A stretch of 64,000 nucleotides of DNA from Octopus vulgaris (GCA_951406725.2 OX597822.1:74958001-75022000); one strand, 5' to 3'. Shown: positions 27,141 through 41,278, counted from the first letter of the stretch. Numbers and translations: made by a program. The notes: generated by a model from the sequence alone, not told the origin.

Positions 27141-27847
27141 CATATATACATCTACATATGTGCGTGCCATATACCAAAATTCTTGGTAACCGACTTCAAC
27201 GAAGACCAGCCTAACCCGATTGAATTACTGGTGTAAGGAGCGGGTTCTCCTAACAACACAATCAACCACATGACCAGTCACGTGAACACCTGAACTACAT
27301 GATCAAACATGCGGTTCCCGTGAAAGCAGCAACGCCTAACAAAGACGACGACAACGACCTCATCGACAAACACTTCTTGTTGCATGACTAGTTTGAAAGA
27401 GATCCTAGATAAAGCATCCGAGATGTGTATGCAGACGACCACGATTAATACTTCACATAGAATATCGAGACATGCTATCGTAATAAAAGGTTGTGAAAAA
27501 GTAGTGGCAAAATCGATTTCTGAAAGAACTGGAGAAAATTGCGATTAAAATTAATTGTAATTTCGTCAGTAACAAAGGAGATAATACTATCGTATTTGAT
27601 GATCACAAAGCAGCTGGCGGTTCTTTTAATCACAGGCATTTGTGAATAATAGGGTTAATTGCATGCATTTGTAAATCTAGGGTTCCAACAGACGAATTAA
27701 TCAACTGTTGTGATTCACATGTATTAATGCTTCTACAGCTAAATCTCATATGAGAGTTACTAATAGTTTCAACTGAAACTATCAATTATTATACAATGAT
27801 TACATGATATCATACAAGTTCAGAACTTGTAATTAATATCATGTGTT

Positions 27848-27915
<68 letters not shown>

Positions 27916-27924
27916 TATATATAA

Positions 27925-28134
27925 CTTTTCATTTACTTGTTTCAGTCATTAGACTGCGGCCATGCTGGAGTACCACCTTTAGTCGAATAAATCGAGCTCA
28001 GGACTTATTCTTTGTAAGCTTAGTACTTAGTACTATCGGTCTTTTTTTTTTGCCGAACCGCTAAGTTATGGGGACGTAAACACACCAACATCCGTTGTCA
28101 AGCGATGGTGGGAGGGACAAGCACACACACACAA

Positions 28135-28220
<86 letters not shown>

Positions 28221-28388
28221 GATACGACGGGCTTCTTTCAGTTTCCGTCAACTAAATCCACTCCCAAGGCTCTGGTCGGCCAGAGGCTATAGTAGAAGAC
28301 ACTTGCCCAAGGTGTCACACAGTGGGACTGAACCAGGAACCATGTGGTTGAGGAGCAAGCTTCTTACCACACAACCACTCCTGCGCCA
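27925..28388 (-). mobile_element. SINE family A, full length
   Basis: Reverse complement of head, body and tail. Confidence 0.9.
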
Positions 28389-28469
28389 TATATATATATC
28401 TTTTATCTTTTATTTGATTCAGTCATTGGATTGCGACCTTGCTGGGGCATCGTCTGGAAGGGCTTAGAG

Positions 28470-28692
28470 CAGTGATTCTCAACCAGGGTCCATCTCTTAG
28501 GGGGTCTATATAACATTTCGTTTTTCAAATTTATGTGCAACATATTTAAACATTTTTAAATACAATTCCTAAATAATATTTAATCATAATAAAATAGTTT
28601 CTCGACATTGAATGGTCATGATGGCCCTCCCGGAGTAAAATTGGTCCAAAGGGGTCCAAATTCAAAAAGAATAAAATGGCTGAGAATCACTG
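28470..28692. mobile_element. hAT (Charlie-like) MITE nested in a diverged SINE-A (28400-28925, minus strand)
   Basis: TIRs cagtgattctcaacc and ggctgagaatcactg; 8-bp TSD gcttagag/gcttagac (28462-28469 and 28693-28700). Confidence 0.85.
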
Positions 28693-28987
28693 GCTTAGAC
28701 GAACAAAAGGACCCCAATACTTGTTTCTTGACTCTGGTCGGAATCTATTCTGTCGGTTTCTGTTGCCGAAGCGCTAATATATGTGGACGTAAACAAGCCA
28801 ATACTGATTGTCAAGCAATGGGGTGGGAGGGAGGCAAAGACAACCACAAACATCCCCGATACATCTATCTAGAATATACATCTAAAAGGTGGGCTTCTAC
28901 ATAGTTTCCGTCTACAAAATTCACTCATATGTTATCCGTGAGTGCAACACCCTAACCACAACGCCAGCGCCTTCATACATGCGTATA

Positions 28988-29112
28988 TAACAGGAATCTT
29001 TACGAAAATAAATAAAAGACGAAGGCAGGTGGAGTACAAACAAACAATTGTATTAGTATGGCGCTCAGGAATAGAAATAAAACAAGTCTTTTACGTTTCG
29101 AGCCTACGCTCT
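28988..29112 (-). mobile_element. PLE-terminal module, same family as the 3' end of the Penelope copy at 56876-57010
   Basis: High identity to 56878-57000, including AGAGCgtagGCTCGAAACGT. Confidence 0.8.
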
Positions 29113-29114
29113 GT

Positions 29115-29116
29115 GC

Positions 29117-29171
<55 letters not shown>

Positions 29172-29496
29172 TACATGCCCACACATATACGCCCACACAC
29201 ACACACCTACACACACACACGCACCACACATATCTGCACACATACATACATGCACACACACATAATATATACACGCATACATATACACACAAACACATAT
29301 ACACACACATACACATACACACACATACACATACACACATACATATCCACACATACATATCCACACATAATATACACACAAATATACACACACATATACA
29401 TACACACATGCACACACATACATATACACACATACATATCCACACATGCATATCCACACATACATATGTATATATGCATATGTATATATGCATGTA

Positions 29497-29565
<69 letters not shown>
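29115..29565. repeat. Compound microsatellite field
   Basis: Direct reading. Confidence 0.93.
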
Positions 29566-29809
29566 AATTGTTCACGTACCTCCAGACTTGAACAACCATT
29601 ACCAAACATTTTTCATGAAGTTATTACAATCGTTACGCTCCACAATCTCTTGACCTCTTGATCTCAAAGACATCTTACACATCCATGCACACATACATAC
29701 ACACATGCACACACAAACACATAATGCTCACAAGCACACACATACAAGCACGCACACAGCAGATAAACACACGTATACAAGCACACACAGACACACACAC
29801 TAATACACA

Positions 29810-30135
29810 CTGGTACTCCGTCGGTTACGACGACGAGTGCTCCTGTTGATCTAATCGACGGAACAGCCTGCTCGTGAAATTAACGTGCAAATGGCTGAGT
29901 ACCCCACGGTACAATTAACATGCAAGTGGCTGAGTACTCAGGGAGATTCAGCGTCACACAGAATGTGACAAGACTGGCCCCTTTGAATTACAGGTACAAC
30001 TCATTTTTGCCAGCTGAGTGAACTGGAGTTACATAAAATAAAGCGTCTTGCTGAAGGACATAACACGCCGCCAGGAATCGAACCCACGACCTTACAACTG
30101 TGAGTCGAATATCCTAATCACTTAGCTACACACAC
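29810..30135 (-). mobile_element. SINE with head type D and tail type 1
   Basis: Head with ggttcgattcc and 'gtccttcagcaagacgcttt...ctccagttcactcagctggcaaaaatgagt'. The tail is shared with family C copies (ttaatttcacgagcaggctgttccg...gtcgtcgtaaccgacggagt). Confidence 0.8.
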
Positions 30136-30539
30136 GCACTTGCAAAATGCCGCTGTGACTGAATTACAGAGACAAATATATTTCTTTATTATTATTATGA
30201 AATTTTCAGCAAAAATCGCATAAGACATCCTCCATTAATATATTGCTCATATACAACAGTGATGCAATTACGTACATTAATAACTTATACTTCAGCCAAA
30301 AGAAAGCCATTAAGATGATTGGCAATAAACTCACTCCATAAACGAGTTTCAGCCTCAAGCTCGCAGTCACGCTGTTTCCTCTCGTTTTCTTTCTTAGATG
30401 CATTCGAAAATGACTTTCTTAGCTTAATAAAGAATACAGGATTTAACAGTAGGCAGATTTCATGCTCAAACTATACTCGGATTTAAAAACAATATAATCC
30501 TATTCATATTCACCGAAGAACCAAAGAATGCATACGAGG

Positions 30540-30870
30540 TAGGTAAATACACTTGCAGCCTCTTACATAATAACATAGTAAAATCGTACAAACATTCCAG
30601 CAATAGCACGATACAATGATATCAAAGCGGAAGCAACATAAACCATAAACCATCCAAGACAAACTTAAATTCCTCTATTAATGACTTCATACTGAAGAAC
30701 CATAAAAACAATTTCAAGAACTCACCTTAAAGTAAACTCATTAATCTTGTTGAAAGTAATTTTGGTATGGTGAATAAAATTATAAACCAGATAGAGTTAA
30801 CGAGGAGATAAGAACAGTCTAAGAATTTGAATATGTGGAACCACAACGTGGGAGTTAGAATTTCGTTGGA
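30540..30870 (+). pseudogene. Degenerate Penelope-like (Naiad-like) RT N-terminal fragment
   Basis: Reads FILKNHKNNFKNSP*SKLINLVESNFGMVNKII..DRVNEEIRT..NLNMWN, resembling the FITLKDHK.NF...P.CRLINP.KS..G..SK motif I recall for Naiad-type PLEs. Confidence 0.65.
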
Positions 30871-30874
30871 TAAT

Positions 30875-31055
30875 ATTGGTTTTGAATTTTTGGCACAAGG
30901 CCAGCAAGTTCGGAAGAGGGGTTAAGTCGATTACATCAACCTCGAATGGATTAAAGGCAAAGTCGACCGCGCAGAATTTGAACACAAAATGTAAAGCGAT
31001 CGAAATGTCGCTAAGCATTTTGCCCAGAATGCTAACGATTCTGCCTGCTCGACAC
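30875..31055 (-). mobile_element. SINE family B, diverged
   Basis: 'aaaggcaaagtcgacc...gaatttgaac...gctaacgattctgcc'. Confidence 0.75.
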
Positions 31056-31319
31056 CTTATCTCGTTGAATAATACTGAAATTAATGTCTCGAAAGTAACG
31101 CAAAAGTGGAGATTACTGTTTATTAACTGATATAAGTGATTGAAATTGCACAAGCTGGTTTCTTTCTGTAAAGGCACTATTCAACATTGTCTCCGTCACA
31201 AGCGAAGCGTTTAAGCCATTGCTAAGTCCAGCCCTCGATTATTCGTTGAAAAAAAAATTCAGGTTTGCATCTTTTCTGCTGAAATTCAAATGAAGGAGCC
31301 TTGGAACTGGGTTAGAAGC

Positions 31320-31450
31320 CAAATCCATTCACAAGGCATTGATCGATCCAGGGCTGTAGTAGAACACACTTGCTCAAATTACCGTGCAGTGGGACTGAGC
31401 CCGAAGCCTCGTAGTTGCGAATCGAACTTAACCACACAGCCATGCCTATG
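31320..31450 (-). mobile_element. SINE family A, 5' part
   Basis: Head and body on the minus strand. Confidence 0.65.
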
Positions 31451-32369
31451 CCTAGGAAGAAAAACAGTGTGAGGAAAAAAAGCTCTGAACAAAGCGAACA
31501 AATCTAACAAGCGAATCCAAAAAACACAGAAGGAAGTAACAAAGAATTCAGTTCCATAAAATTTTAAGAGGCCAAGCATTGTTATGTTGTAACAGATTTT
31601 ATAGAAAGCTGTTTTAAATCAGTTCTGTTGTAGTTTCACTCGTGTTAGCTCATGCTGAAAATAAGACATTCTGTGGTCTGTACATAGATATAAATGGCGG
31701 CTCTCTGATATTAATGTCTGTTGCGCGAGTGTGTAGGTATGGAGCTGTGTCTGTGTGTGACAGTGAGAATGACATATAGAAAGAAAGGGAGGAAGAGAGA
31801 GATGGTGAAAGAGAGGAAGAGAGAGAGGGAAACAGTGTGAGAGGAGTAGATGGAGAGATGGAGAAAGTCTAAATAGATGAAAGTGTAAAAGGGGGAAGTA
31901 GTGTGAGGAGGAATGGGGAAAATGGCAAGTGTATGAATAGTGTATGGAAGAGATAGATAGATAAGTAGACAGAAGGATAGAGAGAGAGAGAGAGGGAGAG
32001 AGAGAAGCAAACTGGTTTATTTTGGAAAAAGCGAAAAAGGAAGTGCATATGTATTTATATATTCTTTTCCATCTCTTTAAATGTACTCACACCATACATA
32101 CATACGTGTGTGTATGTATATATCATAAACAAGAATAAAACGAATGGATATTTCAGGATGTCACCACACGTGTTTTCATAACACGTTTATCCAAAATACG
32201 AGTAGAATTGCATAACTTAATAGGTAACATTACGTAAGTCCGTATTTTCACAAACTGCCATTTCTGCGGATCTAACTGATCCTTCTATTTCTTTATGTTT
32301 TTGCGTATACTTTTTACTCTCGTTATCGCTCTCTCTCTCTCTCTCTCTCTTTTTGTTTCCCCACTGTTA

Positions 32370-32495
32370 CTCTTTCTGCAGAAGGATAGCTCTCCGAAAC
32401 GATAAAGACATTTTTATTGCATCCTCTTGAAGCGTTAAAGTAATATCATTGATTTTCGTATTTTCTGATCCACGTTTTGTGTTTCCTTATTATAT
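32370..32495 (+). mobile_element. Diverged PLE-terminal module with hammerhead-like motif
   Basis: CTTT-CTGCAGAA-GGAtagctcTCC-GAAACGAT-AAAG, ending at tatata. Confidence 0.5.
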
Positions 32496-32505
32496 ATAAA
32501 AACTA

Positions 32506-32587
<82 letters not shown>

Positions 32588-32594
<7 letters not shown>

Positions 32595-32792
32595 GAATAG
32601 TTAGCGTGCCGGGCGAAATACTCAGCGGTATTTCGTCGTTCTTTACGATCTGAGTTCAAATTCCGCCGAGGTCGACTTAGCCTTTCATCATTTCGGAGTC
32701 GTTAAAATAAGTACCAGTGAAACACTGGGGTCAATGTAATCGAATTTCCACTGCCTTACAAGTTTAAAGCCGTTTGCCTATAGTAAAAAGGA

Positions 32793-32848
<56 letters not shown>
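32588..32848 (+). mobile_element. SINE family B with (ATT)n tail
   Basis: Head, core and 'cctatagtaaaaagg' tail, then (ATT)n. Confidence 0.85.
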
Positions 32849-32850
<2 letters not shown>

Positions 32851-33035
32851 CATCTGAAGTTTCCGAGTGACTCAGGGGCCGGGAATTTCGTTCAGTGGCA
32901 CGACTGTTGAGTTTGTAACTTCTGCCGATAAATAAATACATTTATATTTATGTATGCGCGCAAAAACACACGCACACATCAAAAAGTATAGTGGATCGAA
33001 TGATGGCTAAATGAAGTTTTTCTTTTGTTCTTGTG

Positions 33036-33300
33036 GCCGGGAGTCGTCATGGAAGCAAAGTTACGTGCTAAACATGTCACTTGAGTTAGATGTAGTAGCC
33101 ATCAGTGAGAATAAAACTTCCGGCACAAATGCACTCGCATTCCTCTGAACGACATCAAGATGTACACGGCTACTGCTTGACTCATACAGACAGAAGTGGC
33201 GACGTTGTTTCGGAAAGATCCGGATCTGCAGGTATAGATGAATTCTCTTGATTCAAGATAAATCGTTGGTTGAGAAGATAGAAGTGGCGAATTTTGTCTT
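33036..33300 (+). pseudogene. Degenerate Tx1/L1-type AP-endonuclease fragment
   Basis: SSWKQSYVL..SLELDVVAISEN...VATLFRKDPDLQV resembles the LINE APE N-terminal D-x-x-x-x-x-ET and GVAVLFRK motifs. Confidence 0.55.
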
Positions 33301-33468
33301 GAGACCAGAGGGCATTTGAATCCCAAATGAGGCTATAATCTTCGCTCTACCACAAAACTTTCGTTAAAAGAATACAAGAGGCTATGGGAAAAGACGTGAC
33401 CCCAGCCATCAATTTTCATTCGTGAAAGGCGGAAGTTGCATTGTAGGTTTTAAGACACATATTTTCAG

Positions 33469-33617
<149 letters not shown>

Positions 33618-33907
33618 CCACTCTATGAACTTGGGTGACTGAGGTGCTACGTGGAAACAAATTCCGCAATTAAATATTTGACGCACCAGGATAGATGTAT
33701 GCTTTCAGATTCGAAGCAAATATAGAATTTTGTTGTAACACTTTGCCTCAGTGTTCAGGGTAATCGTAGATAAAAGAACGGTGACCTTTGTGCCTGTTTC
33801 GCTGACCTGCCGCTGCTCCCTGTAGAAAAGTTTGAATGTTGCGAAAAACCGATAACAACAGCTGAGATACGGCTGTGCAAGGGAAAAATCGCCCGGTTTC
33901 GATGGAT

Positions 33908-34427
33908 TGCAATAATTAGTTTATATATTCACATGTTGTTCACCAACACCATTCAAACTTAAATGTGGAGATCAGATTTAAGCTAATTCTTCGTTTTTTC
34001 TCTTCTTTTGATAAAGGCTTAAAGCCGAAATATTGAATTATAAAGGGAAAGTGTAAACTGTTTTCTTTCTCATTTTGTTTCGATTCTTATTTCCAACTTG
34101 CATTGTAGTGGCCTTTAAAAACAATTTACACACACATACACACACACAACATATATGATGCGAAAATTTATTGATGATAATTCGATAAACTGATATCATT
34201 CCTTCCATATTTTTCTTGTCCACGTGTTTAACTACTTTTTAATATATATGAACATATATATATACACACATACATATATACATACATATATGCATACATA
34301 CACACATTATATACATGTATATATGTGTATACATGTATGAATCTATATACATTCATACGTATATATATGTGTGTGTGTGTGTATACATGCCTTTATACGT
34401 ATGTAAATATCTGCATATACATATATG

Positions 34428-34467
<40 letters not shown>

Positions 34468-34528
34468 TACATATATACACATACATATATACACATATAC
34501 ACATACATATATACACATATATACATGC

Positions 34529-34559
<31 letters not shown>

Positions 34560-34844
34560 TTTATACATATATATATACATACATATATTCACATATATAC
34601 ATATACACATACATTTTTATATATAATATATATAATATATGTATATATATATATATATAATATATGTATCTATATATATGTACATACATTATATGCTTGC
34701 ATGTATGTATCTCTCTCTCTATATATATATGTATGTATATATGTATATGCGCGCGCGCGTGTAAAGATGTATTTAAACAACATGGGCAAATGCGAAAAGA
34801 ATGATAATTGTTTATTGAATTATCATCGATAAATTTCCATATTT

Positions 34845-34881
<37 letters not shown>

Positions 34882-35118
34882 GTGTTTTAAATGCTGTTAC
34901 AATCTAAGCTGAAAATATAAAACTGGAATCCAAAGCAGAAGCAACCGTTTCCACTTTTACTTTATAATTCAATCTTTCGGCTTTAAAATTCCTTTATCAG
35001 AAGAGAGAAATAAAAAAATTACAGAGAATGAACTTAACCCTATCTGCGCACATATGTGAAAATGGTGTTGGTGAGTGACATGGGCAGATTGGTAGCGTTA
35101 TATTGGCCAATTATTGCT
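33908..35118. repeat. Old inverted repeat (about 330-bp arms) around a TA/CA-rich spacer
   Basis: 33908-34237 is colinear with the reverse complement of 34767-35118 (caccaacaccatt, gataaagg, aaagccgaaa.attgaattataaag, (CA)n/(TG)n, aaatttat.gatgataattc.ataaac). Confidence 0.85.
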
Positions 35119-35399
35119 GCGCAATTCTTACCAGTTGTTGAGTATAAACAAATGCTACAAGGACGCTTCCAGCAGCAAGAACAACAACACCAGCAACAAC
35201 AGAAGGGACAATAATAGAACAATACCCAGATACTTGAATGATGTATCAAAGACAGAATGGGAGGGCTGCCTTCCGTCCAAAAACAACTCCAACCGGTACA
35301 TAATATCTAAGTACAGACATTCAGCAACCAGCCTCCCATTCATTCTCCCCGGACGTCTTCAACTTCTTCGAATTCTCGCCAAATGATTAAGAAACACGA

Positions 35400-35609
35400 T
35401 CGTGGCATGGTACAACCACATAGTTTCGGTTTCAATTCCACTGCTAGGCATCTCGTCCAAGTATCTTCCATAATAGCCCCGGGCCGACCAAAGCCCTTTG
35501 AGTGAATTTGGTAGACGGAAACTGAAAGAAGCTCATCGTATATGAGTGTGTGTGTGTGTGTGTGTATGTGTGTGTGTGTGTATGTTTGTGAGTATGTGTA
35601 TCTATTTGG

Positions 35610-35646
<37 letters not shown>

Positions 35647-35850
35647 TGTGTGAGTATGTGTGTATTTGTGCGTGTGCATGTTTTTCCTCCCACCACCTGA
35701 CAACCCGTGTTGCTTTGTTTACTTAGCGGTTCTGCAAAACAGATCCACAGAATAAGTACCAGCCATTAAAGAAAGCACATAGGATTATTTGTTCGACTAA
35801 AAGAACACCCTTCATGATGGTACCCCAGCATGGCCGCAGTCTAATAACCG
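35400..35850 (+). mobile_element. Diverged SINE family A
   Basis: 'atagccccgggccgaccaaagccc..gagtgaatttggtagacggaaactgaaagaag', then microsatellite and 3' arm. Confidence 0.8.
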
Positions 35851-35868
35851 AATTTGCAATATTTATAG

Positions 35869-35945
35869 GCGTTAAAAAATGGCTACTTCAGAAGGAGAAA
35901 TAGCAAGGAGGGCTGCTGGACACAGTGGCGGCTGCAGTGACCTCT
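35869..35945 (+). other. Candidate small exon (unverified)
   Basis: Acceptor-like atttatag, then aaaATGG, an open MATSEGEIARRAAGHSGGCSDL and a donor GTAAGT at 35946. No homology recognised. Confidence 0.2.
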
Positions 35946-37079
35946 GTAAGTACACTAATACATTGCCAAATTATTTTTAAGTGAAAAAGAAAAAAAAAAC
36001 CTAATAAAATAGACTATTGCAAAATGAAGTATACAGACAGAGCTTTAAGCGTAAACACTTGTTGTTGTAGAGTAGAAGACAAAAATGAATAATGCTGGAA
36101 ATATTTATTTGAATGGGAAAAAGGAAAACAAGAAAAGAAAAATAACAGCCCGAATTATTGGTAGTGGAGACACTGACATTGTTACTGTGAACAAAAAAAT
36201 TATATCTTTTGCAAATATTTTGGGTAAAACAGAGCGACGCAGCTTAAAACAGCTCAAGGAATAGCAGAGATTGTTACAAAGGAAGTGCATCTTTGCCCGA
36301 GGAATTCACCCAGGAAAGGAAGAGGAGAAATGTGAAACATCCCTTGGAGGGTTTCCGTATGTACTCGATGGAGGATTTGGATAAGCTCTGGCCAATGTTT
36401 GGTATTATCTGTAATGGACTCCATTGAGCGAAGCATGGCAGATTGAAGCGTGTGTCTGGCTTTTAAAACTAAGACGAAAATGGGAAGATAGCTAAAGATG
36501 GTTTACTCGAAGCATGCCTACAGGCTGGTGCCACAGTACCACGAGTCTTAGGAACACTACATGGCGACCAAAGATATTCATATGGATGTCTCTTGACTTC
36601 ACATCACGGACATATGATGAAGGCAGAAGTGATCTGTAACAAGTGGTCGAGTGAGATCTGTAATGAAAGCCAAGTCTTGATGGCTGCCAAAGGTTACAAT
36701 ACTTTCATAGACTTTCCATAGATGCTCAGAGAGAAGGTCACGCAAATAGGTGGCGCTCTGTGAGAAGGCTCAATTGCTACACGTTCAGTGATAACGGATA
36801 TGAGAAGAAAAGAGAAAGAGTAACGAAATAAGTAGACAGTAACAAAGACAGCAACAAGAACCGGATCAACATTGTTTACTTAAGCCAGTGCTGGTGTTTA
36901 AAAAAGTCAAATCAAATATTGTGCTGATCGAAGAGGTAGAATTCCAGGTGACCTAAGGTGATGGATTGCTAATAAAGAATACACCAGAAGTCAATATTGA
37001 AGAGTTCAGTTTGCAAAAGGTGATCAGAAGCAGTTTTAAGCCTTGTGTATCCGATCCGTGTGTGTGTGTGTGAAACCGT

Positions 37080-37255
37080 TAACCCAGGTATGTTTCTTTT
37101 TCTCTCTGTATTTTCCCCCTCTTTCCTTATTCCTTTCAGTATTTTAGCGCAGGCTCGAAACGTCAGAGAATCTTCCATTTTCCCCGATCGGTAGACTAAT
37201 ACACCGTGTTTTGTTGCTCTCACACTTGTCTTTGTCTACTGTATTTTGATTTTTG
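37080..37255 (+). mobile_element. Diverged PLE-terminal module
   Basis: 'agcgcaggctcgaaacgtc...actaatacacc...cacttgtctttgtc'. Confidence 0.55.
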
Positions 37256-37257
37256 TT

Positions 37258-37367
37258 CTAGGTTCAGTCCCACTGTGTGGCACCTTGGGTAAGTGTCTTC
37301 TATGATAGCCTCGGGCCGACCAAAGCCTTGTGAGTGGATTTGGTAGACGGAAACTGAAAGAAGCCCG

Positions 37368-37423
<56 letters not shown>

Positions 37424-37640
37424 GTGTGTGTGTGTGTTTTCCCCCACCATCTCTTGACAACCGATGCTTGTGTGTTTATATCCCCGTAACTTAGCGGTTC
37501 GGCAAAAGATCCTGATGGAATAAGTACCAGGCTTACAATGAATAAGTCCGGGGATCGATTTCTTCGAGTAACTCCCTTTAAGGCGGTGCTCCAGCATAGC
37601 CTCCGTCAAATGACTGAAACAATTAGAAGAATAAAAGAAT
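37258..37640 (+). mobile_element. SINE family A, 5'-truncated
   Basis: Starts at the B-box ggttcagtccc; body and tail intact. Confidence 0.88.
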
Positions 37641-38029
37641 ATATATGCCGTATATACTCGAATAATAGTCGATCTCAGGTAAAAGTCGAACCCCTGTGTT
37701 TGGCCAAAAATTGGGAATTTTCCAAGTACTGGGATCAATTTGATCGACTAAAATCTTCTCGGCATTACCCCAGCATGGCCGTGGTCGAAGACACACACAC
37801 ACATGCATAGTAGCAGTTTGCCTCACACCACGTAGCCTAAATTTTTGTGGGCACATACTTTGACTCTGCACTTAGCGTCTGATGAGATGGACATAACCTA
37901 CGCAGCTACGAAATGTTAAGTCATTCAATGAAGGTGAGTCAAACCATCATGAAAAAAAAAAAAAATATATATATATATACGTAGCTCCTAGCAAACGTAT
38001 TGAGTGCAACATTTTTCATTTCCTCATTC

Positions 38030-38528
38030 GCGCGCGCGCATACAACATACATGTACATGTACGCACTCATACTTCCACACCTATACACCCCCCACGCGCA
38101 CACACACATGCCCGTGCACACACACCAACAAACAATACTCATACAGATACGCACACACTTATAAACACCTAGCATGACACACACACACATACACGCACGT
38201 AAGCGCACACACGCACACAAGCACACGCATGTACATTACGCCCACACAACTCCAAAAAAAACCCCCACACACACGCATACATTCACACACACACATACAT
38301 ACATACACACACATACATACATACATACATACACACACATACACACACATACACACATACACACACACATACATACACACATACACACACATACACACAC
38401 ACATACACACATACACACACACATACATACATACATACATACATACACACACACACATACACACATACACGCATGCACACATACATACACATACACACAT
38501 ACATACATACATACATACACACATACAC

Positions 38529-38560
<32 letters not shown>

Positions 38561-38592
38561 ACACACACACATACATACATACACATACACAC

Positions 38593-38625
<33 letters not shown>

Positions 38626-39770
38626 CATACATACATACATACATACATACATACATACATACATACATACATACATACTTGCATACATACATACATACAT
38701 ATGGGGTTGGCTGTATTGCAGGCGTGCGTCAGTGTGTGTATGTGTGTGCCTGTGGATTCACATACACCCTCACCAATTTTTTTCCATCAATCTTTCAATT
38801 ATAAAGAGTGTGCTTGTATACATATATATATATACACACATATAAACATATAAACACACATATAAACCTCTACATTTGTACACACATGCACATGTATACA
38901 TACATTCACTCGCACACACGTACACACACACACATTTACATATATATATACAATACACGCACACACACATACACACGTACAAACACACACAAATTCACAT
39001 ACACAGCGATACATATACATGCACACAATATATACCTACACGCGCACGCACACATACACATACGTATACACATATAAGCACAGACACACACACACACATA
39101 CGCACACAAAAACATGCGCACACATACGCACGCACACACGCACCAATGTACACACCCAAAACTCACAACTCCACGGATACACGCATATACATCCATATAC
39201 GCTTACACACACACATACAAACGCACACATACACGCACACAACTACACGCACATACATACACACACACAAATGAACCCACACATACTTCCCATACACACG
39301 GCACACAATTATACATACACGCACACAATTATACATACATATATATGTTTGGTGCCCCAGCATGGCCACAGCTCATGAGCTGAAACTAGAATCAATCAAT
39401 CAATCAATATACACACACACGCACGTACAAGCACACATGCACACATACACTAAGTTAAGCACAGTTACTCGCCACACACCCAAACTCTACGCATACACAC
39501 ACGAACACATACATACACACACACACACTACAAACAAAACACACACACACGATACATATACATACACGCACACACAAATACCTCTTTGTTTTTTACCTGT
39601 GGCTGGACACAAAAACACCACTCCTTATTCTTACATACTGGCCAGCTACTAGCCAGTTGTTCGCCATACACACACACACACACACACACGCACACACACA
39701 CACGTGTTATCATTGCACACATACACACACACGCGCACACGCAGACCTCCGCGCACGCACACATCCACAC
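38030..39770. repeat. Long (CA)/(TACA) low-complexity field
   Basis: Direct reading. Confidence 0.9.
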
Positions 39771-39875
39771 ACATTCCCCCTCTCACTTTCCTTGTCTTTG
39801 ACATACTACCATACTGTCTTTGAAAACTCTCCTGTCTTTAAAAACATTATTCTTCCACCTTTCTACTCCCGGTTT

Positions 39876-40092
39876 TCAAAATGTGACCCCATGAGTACGG
39901 TTGGCGATTTTTTTCCTCTGTCTTCCCTTCTCGGGATCTTTCCTTCTCCTATGTTTCCGACGAAGAGCTCCGCTCGAAACGTTATAGCCTCTTTCTTCCC
40001 TTCTTTCCTGAGCGTCCAATAATACTATATTTGTTCCACGTCCTCGCGTTGTTGTGTTTTTTTTTTTGTGTGTTTTCTTGTTTGGATTAACT
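39876..40092 (+). mobile_element. PLE-terminal module with hammerhead-like motif, followed by a SINE-A 3' half (40100-40360)
   Basis: TTT-CCGACGAA-GAGCtccGCTC-GAAACGTTA at about 39954-39984; the 3' end abuts (TA)n. Confidence 0.65.
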
Positions 40093-40098
40093 GTATAC

Positions 40099-40171
<73 letters not shown>

Positions 40172-40546
40172 TGTTTGTGTTTGTCACCCCACCATCGCTT
40201 GACAACCGATGTTGGTGTGTTTACGTCCCTGTAACAGAGCGGTTCGGCAAAAGAGACCTATAAAATAAGTACAAACAATAGGTTCCTGGGTATATTTGTT
40301 CGACTAAAGGTGATGCTCCAGCATGGTCGCAGTGAAATGACTGAAACAAATAAACGAATATATTTATTTATATATATGTTTGTGTGCATGTATGTATGTG
40401 TGTGTTTATAAAAAAATCATCTCGCACAGGCATCGCTTGAAAAAAAGTAAGACCCGTCACGAAAATGGCTGATCATAGCCTTTGCCTGTGTGGAACTTCT
40501 GATCAGGAGATGGCAATGATCGAACAAGAGTTTGCAGCCACCATAT

Positions 40547-40632
<86 letters not shown>

Positions 40633-41159
40633 ACATATATGTATGTATGCATAATGTGTGTGTGTGTTTATATATATATATATATAAATATACATACGTT
40701 TATGACCAGCTTTGCAGACACACCTACCTTCGGTCATATTTGTATACAAATCTCTCTCCACAAACAAATACCCAAAAGATCACACACACACACACACACT
40801 TGCATGCAGATACACGCACGTACAGATGCACATATGTGTGTATATATATATATATATAAATATACACACGTACATATATATGTATACACACGCATAAAAA
40901 GAGACAGAGAAAGAGAGACGGAGGGAGAGATGGAGAGGAAGAGAGAAATGGCTGCGTTCAATAGATATAATATATACGCATATTGCATATTTTCATGAGA
41001 CTACTCAACTGAAACACGATAGTATGCCGTTGAAGACTTTCTACTTGATGCACACTCGCTCCAGTTTTTCAAAGTTCAATACATTTAATTAGCATTAACG
41101 TCTGGAAATATTGGCCTAAAAGATCTTGAAAGAAGCTCTCAGACAAACTACGATATTTG

Positions 41160-41240
41160 TGCATACACACACGCGCATATATATATATATATACACGCAC
41201 AAACATGAATACATTTATAAACACGTATTTTATGCGCATA

Positions 41241-41278
<38 letters not shown>

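Noticed and set aside
33700-33835. Minus-strand acceptor-like ttttctacag with a possible exon
   Set aside because: All frames close quickly and the donor is weak; unsupported.
35114-35386. 90-aa ORF with an Asn/Gln-rich stretch
   Set aside because: No recognisable domain or convincing splice signals; the low complexity comes from CAA/CAG repeats.
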